This document shows, piece after piece, positions 37,644 to 50,394 of a DNA stretch of 64,000 nt. Below the pieces are notes generated by a model. That model ran no database searches, was not told where the DNA came from, and was given only the letters and a program-made list of their open reading frames with translations. Numbering within the stretch: position 1 is the first letter of the stretch; each line of letters begins with the position of its first letter. The stretch is from positions 1,024,001-1,088,000 of the forward strand of contig CAVQKE010000004.1 of the NCBI GenBank assembly GCA_963713045.1, given 5' to 3'. The position numbers and the translations under genes are program-made. This DNA is from an uncultured delta proteobacterium (GTDB lineage Bacteria > Myxococcota > Myxococcia > Myxococcales > Myxococcaceae).

Positions 37644-38345
37644 ATGGCCAGAACAGCTTTGGTGACCGGCGCCTCCCGCGGCATTGGTCGCGAGGTGGCA
37701 CGCGAGTTGTCGGGGGAGGGCTACCGGGTCATCTCGACCGTTCGGGTGGCAGCCGATGCCGAACCGCTTCCCAATTCGGTGACCGAGGTTTTGGACGTCG
37801 GCTCGCCGGTGTCCATCGAAAGTTTGGCCAAGCGTTTGCGGCGGCGTGAGGAAACGCTCGACGTGCTGGTCAACAATGCGGGCGTCTATCGGGGGGTGGA
37901 GGCGACCACGCTCTGGAACGTGAACGTGCGCGGACCGCTCCTGCTGACGCGCGCTCTCTCGCCTTTGCTGGTCGACGGGGCCCGGGTGGTGATGGTGTCC
38001 AGTGGGCTCGGCCGAAGCTCGAACCAGGACCCGCGCTTCTTGGCCCGACTGACCTCTGAGGTGAAGACGCTGCGCGACATGGAGAAGCTCTGCGATGAAG
38101 CACCGGACGGCTACGGGGCGAGCAAGGCCGCGTTGAATCGTCTGGCCCAACTCTTCGCAGCCGAGCTGAAGCCGAGGCACATTCTGGTCAACGCCGTCAG
38201 TCCCGGCTGGGTCCGCACCGCGATGGGGGGCGCCAGCGCCCCCCGCTCCGTTGAGCAGGGCGCTGCCTCCGTCCTGTGGGGCACTCGGCTGGGGCCCGAC
38301 GGGCCAAGCGGCGGCTACTTTGAGGACGGGCAGCCGCTCGAATGA
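37644..38345 (+). CDS. SDR, carbonyl reductase-like
   Basis: TGASRGIG, VNNAG, YGASK, VSPGWVRTAMGG. Confidence 0.9.
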   Translation: MARTALVTGASRGIGREVARELSGEGYRVISTVRVAADAEPLPNSVTEVLDVGSPVSIESLAKRLRRREETLDVLVNNAGVYRGVEATTLWNVNVRGPLLLTRALSPLLVDGARVVMVSSGLGRSSNQDPRFLARLTSEVKTLRDMEKLCDEAPDGYGASKAALNRLAQLFAAELKPRHILVNAVSPGWVRTAMGGASAPRSVEQGAASVLWGTRLGPDGPSGGYFEDGQPLE

Positions 38346-38372
38346 AGGTGAGGCCCGCCCAGGCGCGCGAAA

Positions 38373-38633
38373 TCAGGAGGGCGCGGCCGGCACCCAGGCA
38401 GCGCGGAAGAAGCGCCGCAGTCCCCAGAGTCCGCCAGTCGCCGCGAAAAGGCCCAGGACGCTGAAGCCAATCTCACGAAGCCTGCGGCCCATGAGCAATG
38501 CGAGAATGCCCACCACCGAAAGCATCCCCAGGTACCACAACAGAAACGTGAGGATTCCGAAGCCGAGCCGAACTGTTCGGGATGCTGAGGGCGGTAGCCG
38601 GTTGGCACCGCGCACGCCCATCATCAACGCCAA
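38373..38633 (-). CDS. Small hydrophobic ORF or fragment of a membrane protein
   Basis: 2-3 hydrophobic helices; frame stays open upstream without an ATG, so possibly truncated. Confidence 0.3.
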   Translation of the reverse strand: MALMMGVRGANRLPPSASRTVRLGFGILTFLLWYLGMLSVVGILALLMGRRLREIGFSVLGLFAATGGLWGLRRFFRAAWVPAAPS

Positions 38634-38981
38634 ACCAGCCCACAGCGATGTGCCAATGCCGATGATTGCGGCGATGGTTGAGAAGGGTGTGATGGAGTCG
38701 CTCCAGAACTGCAGCCGACGCCGTCAAGTGGATGGCGCCGTGGCGAAGGGACCCAACTTGGGCCCTCTTCGGCGGGGGGGACTCCCCAGGAGGCACCCCA
38801 GCGGCGGGCCAATGCTGACGGCGGGGCGGCGCGTTGAGGGAGTGGCCGGAGGCCCGCATTCCGACGCCACTGATATGCGGGAGTGCACCTTCAAGGGAAT
38901 GCGTTATGACGCTTGTGCCTAAGCCCAGGGGAGATGCCCCGAGGCAGTAACGGCCCGCCCCCCGAAGGGGAGACAAACACT

Positions 38982-39677
38982 ATGGCATTCGAAACGACAG
39001 ACTTCCGCTCCTCGCCCTCCCAGGTCGCCGTCGGCCAGGCTGCGCGAGGCTTTATGGCCGGCGTCTACCGCTGGATGACGCTTGGACTGGGCGTGACCGG
39101 TCTCGTCGCCTGGTACCTGGCGAGCAATCCCCAGCTGTTGGCCCAAGTGTGGGGCTACAAGTGGGTTCTCTTCATCGCCCAGTTGGGCCTGGTCATCGTC
39201 CTCTCAGCAGGCGTCAACCGACTGTCCTACGGAACGGCCGCCGTGCTGTTTGTCGCCTACGCCGCGCTGACCGGCATCACCTTTGGGACGCTTTTCTATG
39301 CCTACACCGCGGGCTCCATCGCCAGCGCGTTTCTGGTGACGGCCGGTTCCTTCGCGGGGCTGAGCTTCTTCGCCACCGTGACCAAGCGCGACTTGTCCGG
39401 CTGGGCGACCTTCCTCTTCATGGGGCTCATCGGCGTCGTCATCGCCAGCGTGGTCCAGATTTTCTGGCCCAACCCGATGCTCAACTTCGTCGTCGCTTGC
39501 GCCGGGGTGGTGGTCTTCGCAGGCCTCACCGCCTATGACACGCAGAAGCTGCGCAACTACGCCCTGCAAGGCGGCGGCGTTGCGGCGCTGAGCATCGTCG
39601 GCGCGCTGACGCTTTACTTGGACTTCATCAACCTCTTCCTCTCGCTGCTGCGGCTCTTCGGTAACCGGCGCAACTAG
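38982..39677 (+). CDS. Bax inhibitor-1/YccA family membrane protein
   Basis: 7 TM; VYRWM, TKRDLS, LTAYDTQKL, GALTLYLDFINLFL. Confidence 0.92.
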   Translation: MAFETTDFRSSPSQVAVGQAARGFMAGVYRWMTLGLGVTGLVAWYLASNPQLLAQVWGYKWVLFIAQLGLVIVLSAGVNRLSYGTAAVLFVAYAALTGITFGTLFYAYTAGSIASAFLVTAGSFAGLSFFATVTKRDLSGWATFLFMGLIGVVIASVVQIFWPNPMLNFVVACAGVVVFAGLTAYDTQKLRNYALQGGGVAALSIVGALTLYLDFINLFLSLLRLFGNRRN

Positions 39678-39702
39678 CCCCCGGGCGGGGGCGCCCTGCC
39701 CC

Positions 39703-40461
39703 TCAGGGCCGCTTCGTCAGCCGCGCCACCACCTCACGCAACAGCCGTTGCGCATCGGGGGTCTGGAACGTCCCGACCCAGCTGGCAGCATCGGTAGCGC
39801 CGGCGCCGGCAATTGCCGCCAGCGCCGGCCGGCGAAGGGACGCTTTGACTTGCGCGAAGGCAATGGACGGCACCGCCGCCAGCGCCGCCGCCCGTTGGAG
39901 GGCCACCTCGAGGAGCGCGTCCGCCTCGGTGACCGCGTGGACCAACCCCAGGCCCAACGCCTCCTCCGCCGTGAAGAGTCCGCCCTCGGCCATCACCGGG
40001 AACAGCGAGCTGGCCGGGACCTGACAGCGCAACGTCTCCACCACGGCCAGCGGCAGGCCAATCCCAAGCCGGACTTCATTGAGGCCGAAACGTCCCTCCC
40101 CCTTCGCCATCAGCCGTTGGTCCGCCTGGAGCGCCAGGACACAGCCCCCCGCCACGGCGTGGCCGTTGATGGCGGCCACCACCGGAAAGGGCAGTGTGAA
40201 GAGGCGCAGCATGGTGTGCGAGAAGCGCTGGATGAAGCCCTCCAGAGCAGCCGTCGGCAAGTCGACCAGCGCTGGTAAGTCGAGTCCGGCGGAAAAGGCT
40301 CGGCCTTCTCCAGTGAGGACGACGGCGCCCGGAGGCGCCGCCCGAAGGCCGTCCAAAAGCCCTCCCAAGGCGTCGAGAAAGGCGGGGTTGATGGCGTTCG
40401 CCTTGCCGGCACGCATCCGCACCAGTGCCACCTGGCCGCGTCGTTCGACGTCGATGGCCAT
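39703..40461 (-). CDS. Enoyl-CoA hydratase/isomerase family
   Basis: FSAGLDL, VVAAINGHAVAGG, GLNEVRLG. Confidence 0.9.
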   Translation of the reverse strand: MAIDVERRGQVALVRMRAGKANAINPAFLDALGGLLDGLRAAPPGAVVLTGEGRAFSAGLDLPALVDLPTAALEGFIQRFSHTMLRLFTLPFPVVAAINGHAVAGGCVLALQADQRLMAKGEGRFGLNEVRLGIGLPLAVVETLRCQVPASSLFPVMAEGGLFTAEEALGLGLVHAVTEADALLEVALQRAAALAAVPSIAFAQVKASLRRPALAAIAGAGATDAASWVGTFQTPDAQRLLREVVARLTKRP

Positions 40462-40473
40462 CTTTTTCGTCTC

Positions 40474-40821
40474 CTAAAGGGGCGACAGCGGCGCCGGCGC
40501 CCCGAGGGTGCCCTTCATCCGGAGGCGTTCGACCGGGGTATTGCCCAACAGGTGCGACTCAACAATCTCCTCCACGTCCTCGACGCCGACGGCCCCGTAC
40601 CAGACGCCCTCCGGGTAGACGACGACGCTGGTCCCGAAGGCGCAGGCGTCCAGACAACCGGCGGCGTTGGCGCGCATTTTCCCTTTCAGCCCCCGGCGGT
40701 GAAGCTCCTCTTTGAAGCGCTCCAGGACGGCTTCACTTCCCTTGAGGGCGCAGCAGCCCTTGGGGTTGTCGGGGTCGCGGCGGTTGGTGCAGACAAAGAC
40801 GTGGCGTTGGTAGGGCGGCAT
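40474..40821 (-). CDS. Thioredoxin-like [2Fe-2S] ferredoxin
   Basis: HVFVCTN...GCC...AGCLDAC..G..VVVYPEGVWY. Confidence 0.9.
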   Translation of the reverse strand: MPPYQRHVFVCTNRRDPDNPKGCCALKGSEAVLERFKEELHRRGLKGKMRANAAGCLDACAFGTSVVVYPEGVWYGAVGVEDVEEIVESHLLGNTPVERLRMKGTLGAPAPLSPL

Positions 40822-41017
40822 GCGGGTGCCTCCTTCCCTAACATTCCCTGGCGCCGGCGGGGCTGCCCTTGCTGCCCGCACCTGGGGGCCGGCCGGGGGA
40901 CTGTCGAGACTCGGCTGGCACTCTTCGCAGTCCTGGTTCTGGCAGCAGGACGCTGCCCTGGGAGCCGAGGAAGGACCCGGACGTCATGACCATGTTCCGC
41001 GCTACTGCCCGCCGACG

Positions 41018-41065
41018 CGTCTATTACTTGTGCTGTAGCGAGTGAGCGGCCACCACGGCTGGTGG
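41018..41065. promoter_or_regulatory. Tandem NrdR boxes
   Basis: cgtCtAttacTtGtgc (41018-41033) and ccaCcAcggcTgGtgg (41050-41065), 32 bp apart, partly matching acaCwAtATaTwGtgt; TTGACA at 41074 just downstream. Confidence 0.6.
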
Positions 41066-41289
41066 TCATTGGCTTGACAGGCCGACGACCCTGAGGTTTC
41101 ATCCCGGTAACGGTGGGCGCGGTAGTTCTCTCGAGGCGTCCACTTCTGACGAGCGCTCCCGGGGGGGTGGTCCTCCCGGAAATCCCAAAGCATTTCAGGT
41201 CCTTCACCGGTCCCGGTCCTCTCGCGAGGGGCGGCGGGCCGTCGGTCCGGTGCGCTCAGTTTTTGAAGGGTTACTCTCTTGGAGGCACC

Positions 41290-44045
<2,756 letters not shown>

Positions 44046-44068
44046 CGAAGGGCCTCCTCTTGCCCCAT

Positions 44069-44111
44069 CCCCTTTCGCCCTGACGTCCCCAGGGCGCGAG
44101 GGGCTTTTTTT
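44069..44111 (+). terminator. Rho-independent terminator after nrdJ
   Basis: CCCCT..CGCCCTG / CAGGGCG..AGGGG stem followed by a 7-T run. Confidence 0.65.
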
Positions 44112-44266
44112 GGGCCCCTCGACGTCAAGCCCTTCCGCGCCGGTCATCCGCCTCGCCCGGCGCCGCCGGGAGGAGGAACGGCCGGCGAAAAGCCCGGCGG
44201 CGGAGCGGGGAAATTCAAGCCCGGTGGGTTTTGGCCAGCCCCGGGTTAGCCGTCCCTTAGCCGTCC

Positions 44267-45181
44267 CTAGTCTGAGCCGAGGATGAGCTGCTCCAGAAGG
44301 GCCTTCTGCACGTGCATGCGGTTCTCCGCCTCGTCCCAAATGCGCGACTGCGGCCCCATCATGACGGCGTCGGTAATCTCCTCGTCGCGGTGGGCCGGTA
44401 GGCAGTGCAGGACGATGGCGTCTTTGGCCGCCAGCGCGAGCAGCGCCTCATCCACGGTGTACCCCCGGAGCGCCTCCCGGCGCTCCTCCGCCTCGTCCTC
44501 CTGGCCCATGCTGCTCCACACGTCGGTGGCCACCACGTCGACCCCGCGCACCGCCTCCTGCGGGTTTTCCACCAGCGTGACATGGCCGGCGGCGGCCTGG
44601 ACCCGCTCGGCAGGGGGCAGAAAGCCGGGTGGGGCAGACAGGCGGAGGGAAAAGTCGAAAAGGCGCGCTGCTTCGAGGAAGGAGAGCGCCATGTTGCTGG
44701 CACAGTCGCCGATGAAGACCAGCGTCCGGCCCTTCACCGAGCCGAGGGCCTCCTCGACGGTGAAGAGGTCGGTCAGGACCTGCACCGGGTGGCCCAATTC
44801 GGTCAGTCCGTTGACCACCGGGATGGACGAGGCCCGGGCGTACTCCCGGAGCCGGGCGTCGGTGGACGTGCGGAAGACCACTGCGTCGGCGTAGCCGGAC
44901 ACAATGCGGGCGGTGTCTGCCAGTGGCTCCCCGCGGGCGAGCTGACTGGTCGCGGCGGAGAGTTCCACCGCGTGTCCGCCGAGTTGGCCGATGGCCGCAG
45001 CGAAGGAGAGGCGCGTCCGAGTGCTGGCCTTCTCCATCAGGACGACCAGCGTGCGGCCGGCGAGCGAGGTGTCCAGCGCCCGCGCTTTGCGGCGGCGCTT
45101 GAGCTCGGCGGCTCGGGCGAAGAGGGCTCGATATTCGGGGATGGTCCGGTCGGCCAGTTGCAGGTAGTGCCGTGGCGTCAC
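44267..45181 (-). CDS. argF: Ornithine carbamoyltransferase
   Basis: KASTRTRLSF, HPVQ, TDVWSSMG, HCLPAHR, AENR. Confidence 0.95.
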   Translation of the reverse strand: MTPRHYLQLADRTIPEYRALFARAAELKRRRKARALDTSLAGRTLVVLMEKASTRTRLSFAAAIGQLGGHAVELSAATSQLARGEPLADTARIVSGYADAVVFRTSTDARLREYARASSIPVVNGLTELGHPVQVLTDLFTVEEALGSVKGRTLVFIGDCASNMALSFLEAARLFDFSLRLSAPPGFLPPAERVQAAAGHVTLVENPQEAVRGVDVVATDVWSSMGQEDEAEERREALRGYTVDEALLALAAKDAIVLHCLPAHRDEEITDAVMMGPQSRIWDEAENRMHVQKALLEQLILGSD

Positions 45182-46623
45182 CACGTGACCTCCTGAAGCA
45201 CCTGGAAGAGGTGAGACAAGCGTGGAGTTGATTTGGCCAGCGCATGAGCCTCGACGGCGCGTGCCCGCAGCGCAGTCACCTGCGCGGCCACCGAGACCGG
45301 CCCGGTGCCCCCGGCGCTCTCCCGGCCCGGGACGGAGGTGCGCAGGTCGCGCGTCTGTTCGAGCGCCGGGACCAGGCGCCGGTCCACGGCCCGCGCCACC
45401 TCGGCTGACACCGCGGCAAGGGACTGGCCGAGGCCTTGGGCCTCCTTCACCAGGGTTCCCACCAGCTGGTAGGCGGTGCGAAAGGGAACTCCACTGCGGA
45501 CCAGCGCCTCGGCGACGTCGGTGGCTTGGGTGTAGTCCCCCTCCAGGGCGCGGAAGGTGGCATCCGCGTCGAAGGTGAGGTGGGGGAGCGCGACGCGCAG
45601 GGCGCGCACCACGCCCAGGACGAGCGGTCCTGAACTCAGCAAGGGCGCGCGGTCCTCCTGCAGGTCGCGGTTGTACCCAAGGGGGAGGCCCTTCACCAGG
45701 GTGAGCATCGCTACCAGGTTGGCCATCCCCGCTGCGCCCTTGCCCCGCACCAATTCGAAGATGTCCGGGTTGCGTTTCTGAGGCATGAGACTGCTGCCAC
45801 AGGCAATGGCATCTCCCAGCTTCAAGAAACGAAACTCCGAGGATGAGAAGTCGATGACGTCCGTGGCCAGGCGTCCGGCGTGAAGCAGGCAACGCGCCAC
45901 GGCGTAGCTGAAGTCGAGGCCGAAATCGCGGTCCCCAACCGTGTCCAGCCCGTTGAGGGTGAGCCGAGAGAAGCCGAGCAAGGTGCGCGGGATGTCTCGG
46001 TCGGTGGGCAGCGACGTTCCGGCGAGCGCGCCCACACCCAGCGGCGAGGCGTCCACCTGCCGGTGGACAAAGCTGAAGGCGTCGAGGTCGCGGGCGAACA
46101 TCGCCGCCGCCGCGCACCACCAGTAAGCGGCGGAGATGGGCTGGGCCCGCTGGCGGTGGGTGTAGCCCGGCATCACCACGTCGGCGTCTGCTTCGGCCCG
46201 CGCCACCAGCGCCTCCACCAGCCCGGCCAGGGCCTCGAGGGCCTCCACCAGTTGCTCGCGCACATGCAGCCGCAAGTCGAGCGCCACCTGGTCGTTTCGC
46301 GATCGAGCGGTGTGGAGGTAGCCAGCCTCGGCGCCGAGGCGGCGCGTCAACTCCGCCTCCACCGCCATGTGGATGTCCTCCTCCCCTTCCGCCGGACGCC
46401 AGGTCCCGGCCGCCGCCGCATGCCACAGCTCCACCAAGGCAGCGTGGAGGGCGCGTGCCGAGGCGAGCGGAATAATCTGCCGCCGCCCCAGCATGGTGAG
46501 GTGCGCCAAGCTTCCGAGGAGGTCCTCGCGCAGAAGCCTTCGGTCGCTCTCCAGAGAGCTGCTGAAGGCGAGCGCCTCGGGGTCCAGTGAAGGGCCACCC
46601 CCGGCCGCGGTCTTGGCAATCAC
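45178..46623 (-). CDS. argH: Argininosuccinate lyase
   Basis: EDIHMAVE, HTARSRNDQVA, MPGYTH, GSSLMPQKRNPD, YNRDLQED. Confidence 0.95.
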   Translation of the reverse strand: MIAKTAAGGGPSLDPEALAFSSSLESDRRLLREDLLGSLAHLTMLGRRQIIPLASARALHAALVELWHAAAAGTWRPAEGEEDIHMAVEAELTRRLGAEAGYLHTARSRNDQVALDLRLHVREQLVEALEALAGLVEALVARAEADADVVMPGYTHRQRAQPISAAYWWCAAAAMFARDLDAFSFVHRQVDASPLGVGALAGTSLPTDRDIPRTLLGFSRLTLNGLDTVGDRDFGLDFSYAVARCLLHAGRLATDVIDFSSSEFRFLKLGDAIACGSSLMPQKRNPDIFELVRGKGAAGMANLVAMLTLVKGLPLGYNRDLQEDRAPLLSSGPLVLGVVRALRVALPHLTFDADATFRALEGDYTQATDVAEALVRSGVPFRTAYQLVGTLVKEAQGLGQSLAAVSAEVARAVDRRLVPALEQTRDLRTSVPGRESAGGTGPVSVAAQVTALRARAVEAHALAKSTPRLSHLFQVLQEVTW

Positions 46624-47825
46624 CGCTGAGGCCCCCCGTGGAGCCGGGCGTATTCTTGAAGTTGCAGCCCCATCAGCTGGATGAAGCCCTCGGCGGCGCG
46701 ATGGTCGAAGCGGTCTTCCTTGCCGTAGGTGGAGAGGGCCTGGTTGTAGACGCCGAAGGGCGAGGTGCGGCCCACCACCCGGAGCGAGGCATGGTGCAGC
46801 TTCAGGGTGACTTCGCCGGTGACGCTTTTGTTGTGGACGTCGTTGAAGGCTTGAATTGCCTCGCGCAGAGGCGAGAACCAGAAGCCCTGGTACACCAGGT
46901 TGGCGAAGTGCTGGTCGAGCTCGCGCTTCACGGCGTGGGACAGGGCGATGGTGGTGAACCGCTCCAAGTCCTGGTGTGCAGCAATCAGGGCAACCGCCGC
47001 CGGCGCCTCGTACACCTCCCGGCTCTTGATGCCCACCATGCGGTTCTCCATCAAGTCGATTCGCCCCACCCCATTTTGGCCGGCCACCTCCCCCACCCGG
47101 CGGATGAGAGCTGCCGGGCCCAGGGCCTTGCCGTCGAGACTGACCGGCAGTCCAGCGTCAAAGCCAACGCGCAGAAGCGTCGGCGTCGCCGGAGCGGTGG
47201 CTGGCCCCCGCGTCCAAGCGAACGCCTCCTCGGGAGGCTCCACCGCCGGGTCCTCCAGAACGCCCCCCTCGATGCTTCGGCCCCACAGGTTCTCGTCGAT
47301 GCTGAAGGGGGACTTCTTGCTCGCCGGGACTGGAATGCCGTGCTGGGCGGCGTAGTCCATCGCCGCGTCGCGGCTGATGTTGCGCTCGCGTTGCGGCGCG
47401 ATGATTTTGAGGTCCGGCGCAAGCCCCTTGGTGCCCAAGTCGAAGCGCACTTGGTCATTTCCCTTTCCGGTGGAACCGTGAGCCACCGCCACCGCGCCGT
47501 GCTTGCGTGCGGCGGCCACCAGGTGTTTGGCGATGAGGGGCCGGCTGAGGGCCGAGTTCAGCGGATAGACCCCCTCGTACAGGGCATTGGCCTGAAGGGC
47601 GGGAAAGCAGAAGTCGCGGGCGAATTCCTCCTGCGCATCCACCAATTCGACGGCCACGGCGCCAGCGGCCTTGGCCCGGGCGATGACTTCTTTGGCATCA
47701 CGCGCCTCGCCCACGTCGACGTGGACGGCGATGACGTCGTAGCCGTAGTCGACGCTCAAAATTCTCACCAGCACCGACGTGTCCAGGCCGCCGGAGTAGG
47801 CCAGCACCACTTTGTCTTTCGTCAT
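46620..47825 (-). CDS. argG: Argininosuccinate synthase
   Basis: VLAYSGGLDTS, HGSTGKGNDQVRF, SIDENLWGRS, ENRMVGIKSREVYE. Confidence 0.96.
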   Translation of the reverse strand: MTKDKVVLAYSGGLDTSVLVRILSVDYGYDVIAVHVDVGEARDAKEVIARAKAAGAVAVELVDAQEEFARDFCFPALQANALYEGVYPLNSALSRPLIAKHLVAAARKHGAVAVAHGSTGKGNDQVRFDLGTKGLAPDLKIIAPQRERNISRDAAMDYAAQHGIPVPASKKSPFSIDENLWGRSIEGGVLEDPAVEPPEEAFAWTRGPATAPATPTLLRVGFDAGLPVSLDGKALGPAALIRRVGEVAGQNGVGRIDLMENRMVGIKSREVYEAPAAVALIAAHQDLERFTTIALSHAVKRELDQHFANLVYQGFWFSPLREAIQAFNDVHNKSVTGEVTLKLHHASLRVVGRTSPFGVYNQALSTYGKEDRFDHRAAEGFIQLMGLQLQEYARLHGGPQR

Positions 47826-48307
47826 TCCCGCTTCTCCTTCTTGAAGAAAAACTCCTCCAGCCGCTGGCGCAGTCGCGCCGCAGTGGTGCCGTGCGTCGGT
47901 GCAACGAAGACGGTGTCGTCGCCGGCGATGCTGCCGAGCACCTCGGGCAGGCGCGCCTGGTCCAGGGCCAGCGCCACCGCGGACGCCGCCCCAGGCCGGG
48001 CATTCACCACCACCAGAGAGCCGTTGTCGCGAACCGCTGTCACCAGCGCGCCCACCGTCCCAGCCGCCCAAGGCGCCGCGCCGGTGGTGGGCAATTCATA
48101 GGCCATGCCGCCGCCCGGCAGGGGCGCTCGGCGGGCGCCCAGCGCCGCCAGGTCCCGCGAGAGCGTCCCTTGCGTCACGTGGTAGCCCGCCCTGCCGAGG
48201 AGCGAGCGCAGCGCTCCTTGCGTGGCCACCCGTCGCTCGGCGAGCAGCCCTCGGATGACTGCCCGGCGGGCCTGCGTCCCGTGCTCCTCTTCGCGCACCG
48301 AATTCAC
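47822..48307 (-). CDS. argR: Arginine repressor
   Basis: TQ..L, VTQGTLSRDL, GSIAGDDTVFV. Confidence 0.93.
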   Translation of the reverse strand: MNSVREEEHGTQARRAVIRGLLAERRVATQGALRSLLGRAGYHVTQGTLSRDLAALGARRAPLPGGGMAYELPTTGAAPWAAGTVGALVTAVRDNGSLVVVNARPGAASAVALALDQARLPEVLGSIAGDDTVFVAPTHGTTAARLRQRLEEFFFKKEKRE

Positions 48308-50394
48308 TGCAGCGTCACCAGCGTCCCCACGCCCCGGTCGGTGAAGAGTTCAGCAATTCCAGAATGGGGCACTCGCGCATCAATCACGTGCACCCGTTCC
48401 ACGCCCCCGCGCAGCGCTCGGAGGATGGCCAGCACCGTCACCTTGAGGTCCCCCGCCACCGCGCCGTCGGCCAGCTGGTGCTCGAGGTCGCGTGCCGTCA
48501 ACTGGCCCTGCAGCTCGCCGTCCACGGTCAGCCCGGGAGCGTCGAGAAGGATGATGAGCTTGCGTGCGCCGACGGCCACCGCCACTTCCGCGGCGACGGC
48601 GTCGGCAAACATGTGGAAGCCCATCCCACCCTCACCCAAGCCGACGGGGGCGATGACCGGGACGTAGCCCCCGGCGAGCAGCATCTCGAGGAATTCCCGG
48701 TTGACCTCGGTTACCTCGCCCACCCGGCCGAGGTCGCCCCCTTCATTGACCAGTTTGCGCGCCCGGAGCAGCGGTCCATCCTTGCCCGACACCCCCACCG
48801 CACAGCCGCCGTCGCTGTTGAGGAGGGTCACCAACTCGGAGTTGACGCGGCCGGTGAGCACCATTTCGACCAGTTTGAGGTCCGTCTCGTCTGTCACCCG
48901 GACTCCGTCGACTTCCCCCGCCTCCCCGGCCCCCAGCTGCTTGAGGGTGGCGGCAATCTCATGTCCGCCGCCGTGCACCACCAGTGGGCGCAGGCCCACC
49001 GAGCGCAGCAGGTTGACGTCGTCGCAAAAGCTCCGCTTCAGCGTCTCCTTCACCATCGCTCCACCGCCGAGCGACAGGACGCAGCGGCTGCCAGCAAAGC
49101 GGGAGATGTATTTGAGGGCCTCCACCAGCAGCGCCCGTTTGAAGCCCGGGCTGTACCTGGTCAGCCGGTCATCCTTCGCCACCGAGCCGTCCGAGCCGGG
49201 GACGATGAGCGAGGTGTAGTCGGCATTAATTTTCACGTAGTCATAGCTGAGGTCGCAGCCCCAGGCGGTTGCGGTGGAGGTTCCCTCCGCCAGGTGCACT
49301 TGAATCAGCACCTTTGGCTCGCGCATCCGGACCCGCAGCGCGTCCGCGTCGTGCGGCGCTGGAGCGCCCCGCCCGTACACCAGCACTTCCTGGATGTGGA
49401 CCTCGGCGCGCTCCGGGTCGACGGGCCAGTGCTGCGAGCCTGCCCGGGCGCCGACGGTGGCCAAAATGCGTCCCCAGTTGGGGTCCGCCCCGAAGACCGC
49501 GGACTTCACCAACGGCGAGACGGCAATGCTCTTGGCGGCATCTCGGGCGATGGCCACGTCCGGTGCGCCGGACACTTCGACGCTCAGCAGGCGAGTGGCG
49601 CCCTCTCCGTCGGCCGCGATGTCCTGGGCAAGTTGAATGCAGAGCTGGGCAAGCGCCTCGGCGAAGGCCTCGAAGTCTTTGCCCTCCGCGGCCAGCGGCG
49701 GGTTGGCGGCAAGGCCGTTGGCCAGGGCGAAGACGACATCGTTGGTGCTCATGTCCCCGTCGACGACGAGGCAGTGAAAGCTGCGGTCGACGGCCAAACG
49801 CAGCGCCTTGGCGAGGACGGCCGGCGGCACCGAGGCGTCGGTGCAAACCACCCCAATCATCGTCGCCATCTGCGGCGCAATCATCCCCGAGCCTTTGGCC
49901 AACCCAAGCAGCCGCACTTCTTTCCCGCCGAGCAGCAGCGAGCGCGATGCCACCTTCTTGTGGGTGTCGGTGGTGAGGATGGCTTCGGCAGCCGAGTCCC
50001 AGCCGCCTCCCAGCGAGGCCACCAGCCGCTCCAGGCCGGCGACAATCTTCTCCAGCGGCAACCGAACGCCGATGACGCCGGTGCTGGCGGTGTAGACGCT
50101 GCTTGCCTCCACCTGCAGGGCGTCGGCGAGTGCGTCGCGTACGCGTTCGACGTCCTCCTCGCCGGCTCGCCCGGTGAGGGCGTTGGCGTTGCCGCTGTTG
50201 ATGAGCACTGCACGCGCGCCTTGGGCCGGCAGGCGCCCTTCGGCGTCGCGGACCGGAGCCGCCTTGGCCCGGTTGATGGTGAAGCAGCCCGCGGCCGAGG
50301 CCGGCACGTCACTCACCACCAGGGCAAGGTCCTTGCGGCCCGGCTTGATTCCAACGTGGAGGCCGGCGAAGCGGAAGCCGAGGGGGCCATTCAT
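48304..50394 (-). CDS. argJ: Fusion of ArgJ ornithine acetyltransferase and an ArgB/amino-acid-kinase-like domain
   Basis: ArgJ motifs (NSGNANA, STGVIG, AKGSGMIAPQMATM, DGDMSTND, DGEGA, WGCDLSYDYVKINADY) continue in frame into LVEALKYI...VHGGG...RVTD...ELFTDRGVGT. Confidence 0.9.
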   Translation of the reverse strand: MNGPLGFRFAGLHVGIKPGRKDLALVVSDVPASAAGCFTINRAKAAPVRDAEGRLPAQGARAVLINSGNANALTGRAGEEDVERVRDALADALQVEASSVYTASTGVIGVRLPLEKIVAGLERLVASLGGGWDSAAEAILTTDTHKKVASRSLLLGGKEVRLLGLAKGSGMIAPQMATMIGVVCTDASVPPAVLAKALRLAVDRSFHCLVVDGDMSTNDVVFALANGLAANPPLAAEGKDFEAFAEALAQLCIQLAQDIAADGEGATRLLSVEVSGAPDVAIARDAAKSIAVSPLVKSAVFGADPNWGRILATVGARAGSQHWPVDPERAEVHIQEVLVYGRGAPAPHDADALRVRMREPKVLIQVHLAEGTSTATAWGCDLSYDYVKINADYTSLIVPGSDGSVAKDDRLTRYSPGFKRALLVEALKYISRFAGSRCVLSLGGGAMVKETLKRSFCDDVNLLRSVGLRPLVVHGGGHEIAATLKQLGAGEAGEVDGVRVTDETDLKLVEMVLTGRVNSELVTLLNSDGGCAVGVSGKDGPLLRARKLVNEGGDLGRVGEVTEVNREFLEMLLAGGYVPVIAPVGLGEGGMGFHMFADAVAAEVAVAVGARKLIILLDAPGLTVDGELQGQLTARDLEHQLADGAVAGDLKVTVLAILRALRGGVERVHVIDARVPHSGIAELFTDRGVGTLVTLQ

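Noticed and set aside
38880..38970. AAGGGAA...GCCCC...GTAA resembling a cobalamin riboswitch upstream of the YccA gene
   Set aside because: Lacks the GGTG-AA-TCC T-loop and B12 box; downstream gene unrelated to B12
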